A stretch of DNA of 44,122 nucleotides from an uncultured Acidobacteriaceae bacterium (GTDB taxonomy: Bacteria; Acidobacteriota; Terriglobia; Terriglobales; Acidobacteriaceae), in assembly GCA_964521445.1 (NCBI GenBank), contig CAZFRV010000174.1, forward strand, positions 1-44,122, written 5' to 3'. Positions 1 to 10,008 of this stretch are shown here, piece after piece. Under the pieces are notes generated by a model that worked only from the letters and a program-made list of their open reading frames with translations, was not told the DNA's origin and searched no databases. The position numbers and the translations under genes are program-made. How positions within the stretch are numbered: the stretch's first letter is position 1; each line of letters opens with the position of its first letter.

Positions 1-1062
1 GTCGGGCTTGTTGAGCAGCGAAACCGAGGAGTACAGCGTGTTGGTCTTGCCCGATCCCGTAGGCCCGGTAACCAGCACCATGCCATACGGTTTGAGCACG
101 GCGTGTTGAAACTTTTCGAGCGACTCTTGCTCGAAGCCCAGCTTGGTCATGTCCAGGCGCAGGTTTTCCTTGTCGAGCAGCCGCATCACGACTTTTTCGC
201 CCCACAGGGTGGGCAGGCAGTTGACGCGGAAGTCGAGCTGTTTCTTCTTGCCTCCCACCTGCATTTTCAGCATGATGCGCCCGTCCTGGGGCAGGCGCTT
301 TTCGCTGATGTCCATCTTGGCCATGATCTTGATGCGGGAGGTGATGGCGTCTTTCAGCCGCAACGGCGGGGACATGATCGCCTGCAACACACCGTCAATA
401 CGGAAGCGGACCCGGTATTCTTTTTCGTAGGGCTCAATGTGGATGTCGCTGGCGCCGCGCTTCACGGCGTCGCTCATGATGATGTTCACCAGCTTGACAA
501 TCGGCGCTTCATCGGCCGACTTCTCCAGCTCCGCCAGGTCCATCTCCGACTGTTCGGCCTGGAGCTCCACGTCGGCATCGTCACCCATGGAGGCCAGCAG
601 GTCGTCCACGTTTTCTTCCGGCCCAGCGTTGGCGTTTCCGTAAGCTTTGTCGATCGCCTCCGCGATGGCCGGCTCGGAAGCCACCACCGGCTCAATGTTG
701 AAGCCGGTCATGAACTTGATGTCGTCCATGGCAAACACATTGGTGGGGTCCACCATGGCGATGGTCAATGACGCGCCTACCCGGCTTAGCGGCAGGATCT
801 GGTAGCGCTTCGCGGTCTCTTCCGGAATCAGCTTGACCACCGCTTGGTCAATTTCGAAGTATTGCAGATTGATGGCGGGCACGCCGTACTGGCGGGAGAG
901 GAAATTCGTGACCTCTTCGTCGGTCACATAACCTAGTTGCACCAGCGTGGAGCCCAAACGGGAGCGCGGACCAGCTTCCTTTTGCGCCTTCAACGCCTTG
1001 TCGAGCTGTTCCGTAGTGATGATCTTCTCTTTGACCAGAAGATCGCCGAGCCGCTGAGACAT
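1..1062 (-). CDS. pilB: Type IV pilus assembly / type II secretion family ATPase (PilB/GspE-like). N-terminal 354 codons only; the 3' end runs off the window.
   Basis: This gene is not in the supplied ORF track because it is open at the window edge. Reverse-strand translation from the ATG at 1062..1060 gives MSQRLGDLLVKEKIITTEQLDKALKAQ..., an MshEN/T2SSE_N-like N-domain. It continues through ...DIHIEPYEKEYRVRFRIDGVL..., ...KRLPQDGRI... and Walker A VTGPTGSGKTNTLYS within the first ~100 nt. The + ORF 103..771 is its antisense shadow. Confidence 0.85.
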   Translation of the reverse strand, partial: MSQRLGDLLVKEKIITTEQLDKALKAQKEAGPRSRLGSTLVQLGYVTDEEVTNFLSRQYGVPAINLQYFEIDQAVVKLIPEETAKRYQILPLSRVGASLTIAMVDPTNVFAMDDIKFMTGFNIEPVVASEPAIAEAIDKAYGNANAGPEENVDDLLASMGDDADVELQAEQSEMDLAELEKSADEAPIVKLVNIIMSDAVKRGASDIHIEPYEKEYRVRFRIDGVLQAIMSPPLRLKDAITSRIKIMAKMDISEKRLPQDGRIMLKMQVGGKKKQLDFRVNCLPTLWGEKVVMRLLDKENLRLDMTKLGFEQESLEKFQHAVLKPYGMVLVTGPTGSGKTNTLYSSVSLLNKPD

Positions 1063-1479
1063 ATCCCCCGCTGACCGCAACAAGAATTAACTCAGACGCG
1101 CTTCCGAAGGCGGCTTGGGGGAAAGCCTCATGCAGGAAAAACGTGAGCACCGCGATTGTGTCTCCGGTGACAGAAATTGTCAATTAGCCGCACACTACTA
1201 TTTCACCCTCTAAGGTGCATGCACTGTTGGTAAGACGAAAGCCGGCCAAATTTCTGCGATGGAATTGAAGGCGAAAACCGTTCGGGAAGCCTTGCCGACT
1301 AGTAGGTTTACCTTAAAAAACCGGCTATATTCGGAGCTACAACGCGATGCAAGGACGAGCGAGAGTTCCGGTAACGCCCCTAGGTCGAGAGTGCTCTATT
1401 CAAGCCCTGGGTGTTTGAGCATGGAAGCAGCGCGCTCTTAAATTGGAATCCCGCCGGGCCTGCGCCGAATCGAAGATTC

Positions 1480-2352
1480 ATGACCACACCGAATGCAGCC
1501 GCGGCCGGCAAGTTTTCCATTGCCGAAGACCTCAACGTAACTCGCCTCGGATTTGGCGCCATGCGCCTCACCGGCGAAGGTATCTGGGGTAATCCCAAAG
1601 ATCCAGCGGAATCCAAGCGGGTCCTGAAGCGTCTGCTCGACTTGAACGTGAATTTCATCGATACAGCAGATGCTTATGGCCCCGAAGTGAGCGAAAACCT
1701 GATCGCCGAGGCACTCCACCCTTACCCGAAGAATCTGGTGATCGCTACCAAGGGCGGTCTCACACGCTCGGGGCCCTGGAAATGGGCTCCTTTAGGACGC
1801 GCAGAATACCTGCGGCAGTGCGTTGAGATGAGCTTGCGCCGCCTGAAAGTGGAGCGTATCGATCTCTACCAGCTCCATCGTTTTGATCCCAGAGTCCCGG
1901 TCGAAGAATCGCTCGGCGAACTCAAAAAGATGCAACAGGAAGGCAAGATTCGCCACATTGGGGTTTCAGAGACCACGGTCGCCGAGATTCGGCAAGCGCA
2001 GACCATCGTCGAGGTTGTGACCGTTCAGAATAAGTACAACATATCGGATCGAGCTCACGAAGACGTGGTCGAGCACTGCGCCAAGAACAAAATTGGCTTT
2101 ATCCCGTGGTTCCCGCTCGCAGCCGGAGAGCTGACCAAACCGGGCAGTGTTCTCGACAAGCTCGCGAAAAAGCACCAGGCCACAACCTCGCAAGTTGCCC
2201 TGGCGTGGTTGCTCCGCCGCTCACCGGTGATGTTGCCGATTCCGGGAACCTCGAGCGTCGACCATCTGGAACAAAACGTTGCCGCGGCGGAATTGCAATT
2301 GAGTGAAACAGAATGGCAATCACTGGAGAAAGCGGTCACACGAGTAGCCTGA
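1480..2352 (+). CDS. Aldo/keto reductase family oxidoreductase
   Basis: Lies in ORF 1411..2352. The first ATG giving a sensible N-terminus is at 1480 (MTTPNAAAAGKF...). AKR hallmarks present: GFGAMRL, NFIDTADAYG, LVIATKGG, IDLYQLHR, IRHIGVSE, PIPGTSSVDHLEQN. Confidence 0.85.
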   Translation: MTTPNAAAAGKFSIAEDLNVTRLGFGAMRLTGEGIWGNPKDPAESKRVLKRLLDLNVNFIDTADAYGPEVSENLIAEALHPYPKNLVIATKGGLTRSGPWKWAPLGRAEYLRQCVEMSLRRLKVERIDLYQLHRFDPRVPVEESLGELKKMQQEGKIRHIGVSETTVAEIRQAQTIVEVVTVQNKYNISDRAHEDVVEHCAKNKIGFIPWFPLAAGELTKPGSVLDKLAKKHQATTSQVALAWLLRRSPVMLPIPGTSSVDHLEQNVAAAELQLSETEWQSLEKAVTRVA

Positions 2353-2383
2353 GACCGATCCTTGGAATGAGGGACGGCCTTCT

Positions 2384-2839
2384 TCAGAGGTCGTCCCGGT
2401 CCAAATATTCGGCAGGAACATCGTCCTCAGGAACCTCCGAGGTAGTCACTTCGCCCTGATCCGGGTCTTTCGCATCTTCGACCCCGCTCACCGCTTCCGC
2501 TTCGAAGTATTGACCTTCTTCCGCCAACTCTTCAACGCTCTCTGAATCCTCGCGATGGCGGCGAGAGAGTCCCTGGGTATCGCCGGACTGTCCTCCCGAT
2601 GCCGCATCCAAGCCACGGCTGCTCCTGATCGCGACGGGATACGTGGTCTGCTGGGCGGCCCGTGAACTCTGTTTCTTACGGACGCTCGGTTTCTTTCCGG
2701 CTGCTGACTTTTTCTTCGCCGCAGGCTTCTTCGCGGGCTTCTTCAAGGCTGGCTTTTTCTTGAGCGATGCTTTTTTCTTGAGGGCTGGCTTCTTCCTGCT
2801 CTTAAGCTTCTTCTTGGGTGTTGATTTCTTCTTGGCCAT
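2384..2839 (-). CDS. Lys/Pro/Ala-rich histone-H1-like (AlgP-like) basic N-terminus fused to a strongly acidic C-terminal tail; hypothetical nucleoid-associated protein
   Basis: 151-aa ORF. The first ~60 aa are KKKPALKK-type repeats. The last ~70 aa are Asp/Glu-rich (SESVEELAEEGQYFEAEAVSGVEDAKDPDQGEVTTSEVPEDDVPAEYLDRDDL). It is convergent with the upstream AKR gene. Confidence 0.6.
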   Translation of the reverse strand: MAKKKSTPKKKLKSRKKPALKKKASLKKKPALKKPAKKPAAKKKSAAGKKPSVRKKQSSRAAQQTTYPVAIRSSRGLDAASGGQSGDTQGLSRRHREDSESVEELAEEGQYFEAEAVSGVEDAKDPDQGEVTTSEVPEDDVPAEYLDRDDL

Positions 2840-2918
2840 GGAGAAAGTCTATCAAACGCAACCTTAAACCGCTCAAACCCGCCCCATGAATGGGTTTGCG
2901 TTGTAGGATGGACGGGCT

Positions 2919-4169
2919 ATGGCAGAGTTCCCCATTTCCCATGTCCGCCGCGTTTTCCCGGCGCTCGAGGAGCCGTTCATTTTTTTTGACAATGCGGCCG
3001 GCGCGCAGTCACCTGACGTTGTGCTTTCAGCCGTGGCCGAGCATTTGCTGCATCGGCATGTCCAGCGGGGCGGCCGATACCGCCAGTCCCAGGAAGTAGA
3101 CCAGGTGATTGCCAACGCGCGAGAAAGCGTGGGATTGCTGGTCAACGCCCGCCATCCTGACGAGATCGCCTTCGGGATGAACGCGACTTCATTCATGCGG
3201 CTCATCAGCCTGGCCATCGGTCAGTCTCTGAAAGATCGGCGCGAAATCATCGTGACCGACCTGGATCACGAATCCAACATTGCCACCTGGCTGGCCTTGG
3301 AACGGGAAGGCGCGAAGATCGTCTGGTGGCATTTTAGGGATGATGGCCGGCTTCACCCCGAGGACCTGGACGCATTGCTCTCACCAAGAACGCGGCTGGT
3401 GGCCTGCACATTGGCTTCCAATGCAATCGGCTCCATTCTCGACATTGCCAAGGTTTCCCAACGGGCCCATGCCGCTGGAGCGGAGGTATTCGTCGATGCG
3501 GTGCACTATGGGCCGCACGGCCCCATCGATGTCCGAGCCTTCGACTGCGATTACCTGGTGTGCTCGGGTTACAAGATCTTTTCGCCGCACATGGGCTTCC
3601 TGTGGGGCCGCCTGGAGACACTGAACGCTCTCCCAACTTTCCGGGAGGATTTCATTCCGGACACCTCTCCCTTCAAACTCGAGATTGGCACATACGTATA
3701 TGAAAACGTGGCTGGCATGGCAGCGGCCGTGCGTTACCTGGAAGATTTGGGACGTAGGATCAGCCCCGCTGCGGCTTCCAGACGTGCAGCTCTGGTGGCG
3801 GCAACGGAGGCGATCCGCGATTATGAGACCCACCTCTCTCGCGCAATGCTAAATGTGCTCGCCGACCGAAAGGCCGTGGTCTATGGCATTACTGACCAAG
3901 AAAAGCTGTCGCAGCGGACGCCGACATTATGTTTCAATCTTCCGGGCATTGCGCCGGCCACGGTTGCCGAAGAGCTTGCAAAGAGAGGGATCGGTGTCCG
4001 CGATGGACACATGTATTCGCCACGATTGATGAAGCGCCTCGGGCTGACGCAAGAGAGCGGCGCAGTCAGGGCATCATTGGTACACTACAACACGCTGGAC
4101 GAGATCCGCGGGTTTGGAAGCGCGTTGCGTGAGGTCACAACAGGTCAAGCGCAATCTCCGCAGTCCTGA
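2919..4169 (+). CDS. Class V aminotransferase / cysteine desulfurase-like PLP enzyme
   Basis: 416-aa ORF. Contains [20 protein letters not shown] and a PLP-lysine context [16 protein letters not shown]. From memory it resembles the VC1184-type cysteine desulfurase-family subgroup. Confidence 0.8.
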   Translation: MAEFPISHVRRVFPALEEPFIFFDNAAGAQSPDVVLSAVAEHLLHRHVQRGGRYRQSQEVDQVIANARESVGLLVNARHPDEIAFGMNATSFMRLISLAIGQSLKDRREIIVTDLDHESNIATWLALEREGAKIVWWHFRDDGRLHPEDLDALLSPRTRLVACTLASNAIGSILDIAKVSQRAHAAGAEVFVDAVHYGPHGPIDVRAFDCDYLVCSGYKIFSPHMGFLWGRLETLNALPTFREDFIPDTSPFKLEIGTYVYENVAGMAAAVRYLEDLGRRISPAAASRRAALVAATEAIRDYETHLSRAMLNVLADRKAVVYGITDQEKLSQRTPTLCFNLPGIAPATVAEELAKRGIGVRDGHMYSPRLMKRLGLTQESGAVRASLVHYNTLDEIRGFGSALREVTTGQAQSPQS

Positions 4170-4235
4170 CACCTCTTCTCCAGAGACTGGCACGCATTCG
4201 TAAAGGATCAGACGGCAAAAACAGACTCATGCTGA

Positions 4236-5687
4236 GTGAAAAGCAAATCTGCGTTGGCAGTCATGACTGAGCAAAAATCTTCGGCTGTCGCGCCCGAGTT
4301 GAGCAGCGGTGCGCTTCCGGCAAGCGGGCCCGAAGGGCTTCACCGGCGCTTGAGCCAGAGGCAGCTCACCATGATGGCTATCGGCGGCGCCATCGGGGTA
4401 GGCCTGTTTCTGGGGAGCAGCGTCACCATCCGCCTTGCCGGCCCGGGAGTCATCCTTTCTTATCTTCTGGGCGCGGCCGTGGCTTTGATCATGGCCTATG
4501 CGGTCACGGAGATGGCGGTGGTTCATCCTGTCGCCGGCGCCTTCGGAGTCTATGCGGAGAAGTACCTCAATTCATGGGCCGGCTTCTCGGTTCGTGCCAC
4601 CTACGGACTGGTGCAGATCATTGCCATCGGTGCGGAGGTGACCGCGGTCGGCATCTATTTCTCTTTTTGGTTTCCCACTGTGCCGCAATGGGTCTGGGTG
4701 GTCACGGCTTCGATGGCGTTCGTCGCCCTCAATTCCATGCAGGTCAATCGCCTGGGTGAATTTGAATACTGGTTTGCCATGATCAAGGTGGTAGCCATCG
4801 TGGCATTCATCCTGGTGGGCCTGGCTCTCATCTTTGGAATCGGGATTGGCTCCCGTTCGGCGGTGGGTTTTGCCAACCTGACCCGGCATGGCGGATTTCT
4901 TCCCGGCGGATGGAAAGGAGTATGGCTGTCGCTGACGCTGACCATCACCAGCTACATGGGCGTGGAGATCATCGCGGTCACCGCCGGAGAAGCCAAGTCG
5001 CCGGAGGTTTCCATCCCGCGGGCGATGAAGAACATCGTTTACCGGCTGATTTTGTTCTATGTTTTGGCGATCACCGTCATGGTGACCATGGTTCCGTGGA
5101 ATCAGAGCAGCAGTGCGTCGGGGATCACCGGGAGTCCCTTTGTAGCCGCGTTTACCGCGGCGCATATACCCTTCGCTGCGGCGATCATGAATTTTGTGGT
5201 GCTCACGGCCGCGCTCTCCAGCGTGAACACCAACCTTTATCTATCTACGCGCATGGTCTTCTCTCTGGCCGGCGATGGGCGTCCCACCGCATGGTTGAGC
5301 AAGGTGAGCCGCAACGGAGTTCCTCATCGCGCGCTGCTGGCATCGACCGCCGGCATGATCGCCGCGATTCTGCTGGCTATCTTCGCCCCAAGCAATGCTT
5401 TTCTGCTTCTCTACGGGACGGCGGTTGCGGGAATGCTCTTCGTGTGGCTGGTCATTTTGCTCACCCACCTTCGCTTCCGAGAATCGATCACACCGGAGCG
5501 CGAGGCCACCTTGCCGATGCGCTTCCGGGCCCATCCTTTATTTACAATGCTCGGCATCATGGTCCTGGCGGGAATCGCGGCTTCGACGTTCTTTGTGGAC
5601 GGTTTGCGGTGGTCGGTCCCCGCATTTCTTCCTTTCTTGGGCATTATTTCGCTGTTGTACTTGCGAAGCAGGCGGCGCCTTGCATGA
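4236..5687 (+). CDS. Amino acid permease (APC superfamily)
   Basis: 483-aa ORF with about 12 hydrophobic helices. It has the APC N-terminal signature LSQRQLTMMAIGGAIGVGLFLGS. The start is either GTG 4236 or ATG 4263. Confidence 0.85.
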   Translation: MKSKSALAVMTEQKSSAVAPELSSGALPASGPEGLHRRLSQRQLTMMAIGGAIGVGLFLGSSVTIRLAGPGVILSYLLGAAVALIMAYAVTEMAVVHPVAGAFGVYAEKYLNSWAGFSVRATYGLVQIIAIGAEVTAVGIYFSFWFPTVPQWVWVVTASMAFVALNSMQVNRLGEFEYWFAMIKVVAIVAFILVGLALIFGIGIGSRSAVGFANLTRHGGFLPGGWKGVWLSLTLTITSYMGVEIIAVTAGEAKSPEVSIPRAMKNIVYRLILFYVLAITVMVTMVPWNQSSSASGITGSPFVAAFTAAHIPFAAAIMNFVVLTAALSSVNTNLYLSTRMVFSLAGDGRPTAWLSKVSRNGVPHRALLASTAGMIAAILLAIFAPSNAFLLLYGTAVAGMLFVWLVILLTHLRFRESITPEREATLPMRFRAHPLFTMLGIMVLAGIAASTFFVDGLRWSVPAFLPFLGIISLLYLRSRRRLA

Positions 5688-5706
5688 TGTACAGGTTGAA
5701 CCCTGC

Positions 5707-7149
5707 ATGACCCAAGACATTGAAGAAGTTCATGCTTCCCTGCAGAGCCATTTCAAAGGAGATTTGTTACGTCCCAACGAAGATGGGTACGCCGATGCCC
5801 GAAGTATTTGGAATGGCATGGTGGCGCGGACGCCGGGCCTGATTGCCCGTTGCGCCGGCGTCAAAGATGTGCAGGCTGCGGTTCGAGCTGGCGGCGCCGC
5901 GGGTGTGCTGACGGCGATCCGCTGCGGGGGGCACAGCCTTGCAGGATTCGGCAGTTGCGATGGCGGCCTGGTGATCGACTTGTCGAAAATGCGGCAGGTA
6001 ACTGTCGATCCAAATAACCGCCGAGCACGGTTCGCAGGTGGATGTCTGCTTGGCTCCGTCGATGTCGCGACGCAAAGGGCGGGACTCGTTTTTCCTTCCG
6101 GCGTCGTCTCTCATACCGGCGCCGCCGGGTTAATCCTGGGCGGGGGAACCGGATGGCTTACCCGGCGCTTCGGCCTCTCCTGTGACAACGTTGAAGGTTA
6201 CACGATCGTGACTGCGGACGGATCCCTGGTGCATGCCGGCGCCAAAGACAACCCTGATTTGTTCTGGGCGCTTCGCGGCGGAGGCGGCAACTTCGGCGTA
6301 GTGACTGAGTTCGAGGTAAAACTTTACCCGACGACTTCCCTGATTCTCGGCGAAGGAATGTGCGCGGGAGATGACATCCCGCACTTCCTCCGGCGCTGGC
6401 GAGAATTCATGCCGGAAGCGCCCGACAACTTGAAATGGAACATCAGTTTGCGGCTCGCTGCGGATGCGGAAAACGTGCCCGCGCATGTCCGTGGACGTCC
6501 GGCCGTGAGCGGGGCTTTGGTTTGGCTTGGCGATCTCGATGCTGGCAGCCGCCATGTGGACCGCGCTTTGTCGCTCTGCGATCCGACGACCGTGACCAAG
6601 AAGGTTGTATCTTTCCTCGCCTTGCAGACTATGGCCGATCACGAGTTTCCCCACGGCCAGCGCTACTATTCCAAGTCCGGCTACTTTTCCAGTCTCACGA
6701 ATAGCACGCTGGACCGCATGGTAGAAGCCGTGGCTACGATTCCCTCTCCACACTCCCAGATCGAGCTTGCCTATCTTGGCGGTGCGATGGCGCGGGTGGC
6801 CGCGGAGGAAACTGCGTTCGGTGACCGCAGTGCGCCCTTCATCGTCAATTTTCTGGGGAACTGGTCCGAGGAACGCGCTGACGCCGGCAACGTCGCCTGG
6901 ATTCGCAACACCTTCAACGCCCTCCGCCCTTCCATGAAGCCCGGCGTTTATATCAATTTCATGAGCGCCGACGAAGAGGACCGGGTCCCTGAGGCTTACC
7001 AGGAACGCTGGGAGCGCTTGGTGGCGGTCAAGTCACATTATGACCCGACAAATTTCTTTCGCCTGAACCAGAACATTCCGCCGCAGAAAACGGCAGACGA
7101 ATTCTCATCGACCAAAGGCGCGGGATCGGTTCCGCCAAAATCGCGCTAG
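5707..7149 (+). CDS. FAD-binding oxidoreductase with C-terminal berberine-bridge-enzyme-like domain
   Basis: In ORF 5395..7149 the first 104 codons overlap the permease gene, so I use the ATG at 5707 (MTQDIEEVH...). Motifs: RCGGHS, GGGGNFGVVTEFE (FAD_binding_4 type) and a terminal YDPTNFFRLNQNI (BBE type). Confidence 0.85.
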   Translation: MTQDIEEVHASLQSHFKGDLLRPNEDGYADARSIWNGMVARTPGLIARCAGVKDVQAAVRAGGAAGVLTAIRCGGHSLAGFGSCDGGLVIDLSKMRQVTVDPNNRRARFAGGCLLGSVDVATQRAGLVFPSGVVSHTGAAGLILGGGTGWLTRRFGLSCDNVEGYTIVTADGSLVHAGAKDNPDLFWALRGGGGNFGVVTEFEVKLYPTTSLILGEGMCAGDDIPHFLRRWREFMPEAPDNLKWNISLRLAADAENVPAHVRGRPAVSGALVWLGDLDAGSRHVDRALSLCDPTTVTKKVVSFLALQTMADHEFPHGQRYYSKSGYFSSLTNSTLDRMVEAVATIPSPHSQIELAYLGGAMARVAAEETAFGDRSAPFIVNFLGNWSEERADAGNVAWIRNTFNALRPSMKPGVYINFMSADEEDRVPEAYQERWERLVAVKSHYDPTNFFRLNQNIPPQKTADEFSSTKGAGSVPPKSR

Positions 7150-7201
7150 GACTTGTGGGCGTGGTTTGGTGCTACTATGTCTCCCGGAGAAGGATACGGG
7201 C

Positions 7202-9415
7202 ATGGACCCGATGCAGTCTTTTGTCTTCCTGCAGCTACTGGTGACGGCTTTCCTGGTGGTGCTGTTGTGGTGTGTTTACGTACGCCTTCGCAGGCAGGAG
7301 TTTTTCAGGTGGTGGGCCTGGGCGTGGACTGCATCCGCCGCCTATCTTGCCCTCGGCGTTCTGATCTTCCAACTGGGGAGGGCATGGACGCCGATCAAAG
7401 GCACAACGGTCTTGTTCGCGATGCTCTTCGGTTTCCTGCAGGTTGCTCTCCTGATGTTTGGAGCGTGGAGTCTGCGTTTCCCGGAAAGGCCGTCGCGGCG
7501 CTGGCTGTGGTTGGGAACCGGAGCTGCGCTCGCGGTGGGCGGGCTCAGTTTTGTGCTTGCCTTCTTGTGGCGGGAACGGCCTGTCATCAGCTTCGTGTCG
7601 CGTGAAGCACCGCGAACCTTCGCGCTGGCCGCAGCCTTGCTCTTCTGCGCCGTATTGTTTCTTGCACAATGGCGCAAAAGCCGAAGTTCGGCGGCCGCGA
7701 TCAGCGGTGGGTTTTGTTTGCTCTATGGCATTCACCAGGGCCTCTACGGCATGGCTTTTGTCCACCTGATGATCGTTGGCTACGGGGCGCCCCTTCATCC
7801 CGTTTTTGACTTGCCGATGCGCGCGGCTTCGCTGTTCTCCGCCCTGGACGTAGTGTACGTTTCGGGGATTTGCCTTGGCATCGTGCTGTTACTGGTGGAG
7901 GAACACCGCCGGGCCGAGCAAGCGTTGTTGGAGAGCGCCATGCGCGGCCGCCAAATCACTGAGAACAACGTGGCTTTGCAGACCGAGATCGCGGAGCGGG
8001 AAAGAGTCGAGCAGACCCTACGAGACAGCGAAGCCAAGTTCCGCCTGGTTGCTGAGACAGTCGCCTGCGCTATCTGGATCCATCAAGACGGGCACTTTCG
8101 CTACGTCAACCCGCAAGTTGAAGCCATCGCAGGATACGCCCCCAAAGACCTTGCCTCGGTGGATGTATGGCAACTCGTGCATCCCGATTTCCGGGAAGCA
8201 GTACGGAAGCGAGCGGAGGCGAGATTGCGGGGCGAGCAGGTGCCGTCGCGATACGAATTCAAGATCCTGACCTGGGGCGGCAAAGAACGATGGGTGGACT
8301 TTACCGCGACCATGATCCAATACGAGGGGCGCCCTGCCGTTCTGGCGAGCGGCTTCGATATCACCGAGGCCAAACGCATCGAGCATCAGATCAGGGAACG
8401 CACGGCTTACCTGGAGACCCTGATTTCCAACAACCCGCTTGGCATTGTGGTCATGGACGCCGACCACCGCGTGCAGCTCTGTAATCCGGCCTTCGAAGAG
8501 ATGTTTGCCTACTCGCAGAATGAGCTGGAGGGAGCGAATCTCGATTACTTCATCGCGCCTGAGGATGAAGAAGCAGCCGAGTTGACGCGGCGTATCCAGA
8601 GCGGGCAGAGCGTTCACGCAACCACACGAAGATACCGGAAGGACGGGACGGCTGTGGATGTGGAACTTCACGGAGTTCCCATGTCGCTGGATGGCAGGTT
8701 AGTAGGATGTTACGGCATCTATCAGGACATCACCGAGCGGAAGAAGGTGGAAGAGGGCCTTAGGAATCTGACTTTCCGGGTGATGCAGATCCAGGAGGAG
8801 GAACGGGCGCGCATCGCACGCGAACTGCATGACGACGTCAGCCAGCGGCTGGGCCTGCTTACTTTCCAACTGGACCAAGTGCTGCAAGGTTCTTTGCAAA
8901 CACAATCGCCTTATAGCCGGCAACTGATCGGGCTATCGAAGATCGCGCACCAGCTGTGCGGCGACATTCAGCACCTCACCCGCCATCTTCATCCTTCCCA
9001 CGTTGAGATTGCCGGTCTGGTTTCCGCGGTGTCGGAGTTTTGCGCGGAGTATTCCAGGCAGAACAGGTTTGAAATTGAATTTGCGCACGCCGGGGTACCG
9101 GACGCGCTGCCGCAAGAGGTGAAGTTATGCCTCTATCGCGTGGTCCAGGAAGCTATTCGTAACTCCCAGAAACACAGCGGTTGCCGTTCCGTTAGTGTCG
9201 AATTGAGCGGCTCCACAGAAGCTATCCGTTTGTGCATTTCCGACACCGGGAAAGGATTCGACCCCGGCTCGGCGCGAGGCGCCGGTCTGGGACTGGTTAG
9301 CATGACGGAGCGCGTGAAGAGCCTGGGCGGACAGCTCCGGGTTCAGTCGCGGCCGGGTGGTGGAACTTCCGTGCAAGCCTCCATTCCACTAGCCCGGAGG
9401 GCGGCCGCCAGCTAA
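7202..9415 (+). CDS. Sensor histidine kinase: multi-TM N-terminal sensor, two PAS domains, HisKA_3 (NarL-class) dimerisation domain and HATPase_c
   Basis: About 7 hydrophobic helices in the first ~240 aa. PAS-like segments start at EAKFRLVAETVACAIWIHQDG and LETLISNNPLGIVVMDADHRV. H-box ARIARELHDDVSQRL. G-boxes ISDTGKGFD and GLGLVSMTERV. The start is ATG 7202, or 7166 as in the ORF track. No response regulator is adjacent. Confidence 0.85.
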   Translation: MDPMQSFVFLQLLVTAFLVVLLWCVYVRLRRQEFFRWWAWAWTASAAYLALGVLIFQLGRAWTPIKGTTVLFAMLFGFLQVALLMFGAWSLRFPERPSRRWLWLGTGAALAVGGLSFVLAFLWRERPVISFVSREAPRTFALAAALLFCAVLFLAQWRKSRSSAAAISGGFCLLYGIHQGLYGMAFVHLMIVGYGAPLHPVFDLPMRAASLFSALDVVYVSGICLGIVLLLVEEHRRAEQALLESAMRGRQITENNVALQTEIAERERVEQTLRDSEAKFRLVAETVACAIWIHQDGHFRYVNPQVEAIAGYAPKDLASVDVWQLVHPDFREAVRKRAEARLRGEQVPSRYEFKILTWGGKERWVDFTATMIQYEGRPAVLASGFDITEAKRIEHQIRERTAYLETLISNNPLGIVVMDADHRVQLCNPAFEEMFAYSQNELEGANLDYFIAPEDEEAAELTRRIQSGQSVHATTRRYRKDGTAVDVELHGVPMSLDGRLVGCYGIYQDITERKKVEEGLRNLTFRVMQIQEEERARIARELHDDVSQRLGLLTFQLDQVLQGSLQTQSPYSRQLIGLSKIAHQLCGDIQHLTRHLHPSHVEIAGLVSAVSEFCAEYSRQNRFEIEFAHAGVPDALPQEVKLCLYRVVQEAIRNSQKHSGCRSVSVELSGSTEAIRLCISDTGKGFDPGSARGAGLGLVSMTERVKSLGGQLRVQSRPGGGTSVQASIPLARRAAAS

Positions 9416-9588
9416 ACAATCGAAGCCGCCGCTGACCTGGATGGAGTAAGAGTTCCAGCCGTGTTAGCTGGAAGTTCATGACCGTGCCGTGTCTATTCCT
9501 GATGGGATGTTATTTGTGCGAGATTGAGTTCTTCCAAAGTTGGACTTTAGGGGCCGCAAACCTCATTTGCCCAGGAGGACGTGACTCT

Positions 9589-10008
9589 ATGCAACCGGCA
9601 AGCAAACGGGTTATCCAGCTTGCGCTTTTCGCGGCGTGGGCCTCTGCCGCATGCGGCACGTGGATGCAGGCGGCGAGACATGAGGTGGCAACCGGCACAT
9701 GGGGCGGCGAACACATCCTCTTGCAAGTGTCCGACAAAGGCGCCGAGGTCGAATTCGATTGTGCGCACGGTCAAATCACCCAGCCCATGGCGGTCAATCA
9801 GCACGGCGACTTCGATGTCCCAGGAACTTTTACGGCGGAGCACGGCGGCCCCGTGCGTCGGGATGAACCAGCGTCCGTCAATCAAGCCCGCTACTCCGGA
9901 CATGTTGAGGGCGACACCCTGAGCCTGACGGTCGCTTTGGAGAAAGATACGCTGGGCCCCTTTTCCCTCACCCACGGTGGCCGGCCAATCTTGACGAAAT
10001 GCCGGTGA
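9589..10008 (+). CDS. Small secreted/lipoprotein-like hypothetical protein
   Basis: ATG at 9589 is preceded by AGGAGG (9573..9578). Signal-like N-terminus MQPASKRVIQLALFAAWASAAC. I recognise no family. Confidence 0.5.
   Translation: MQPASKRVIQLALFAAWASAACGTWMQAARHEVATGTWGGEHILLQVSDKGAEVEFDCAHGQITQPMAVNQHGDFDVPGTFTAEHGGPVRRDEPASVNQARYSGHVEGDTLSLTVALEKDTLGPFSLTHGGRPILTKCR

Noticed and set aside
103-771. 222-aa + ORF at the left edge
   Set aside because: It is antisense to the pilB-like gene, whose reverse-strand translation shows Walker A and T2SSE motifs. That minus-strand ORF is missing from the track only because it is open at the window boundary.
5395-5706. N-terminal extensions proposed by the ORF track (5395, 32356, 35738, 37006, 38118, 30272, 1411, 9478)
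   Set aside because: Each extension overlaps the preceding gene and translates to Arg/Cys/Pro-rich junk. Downstream ATGs give canonical family N-termini, and several of them form ATGA stop/start overlaps.
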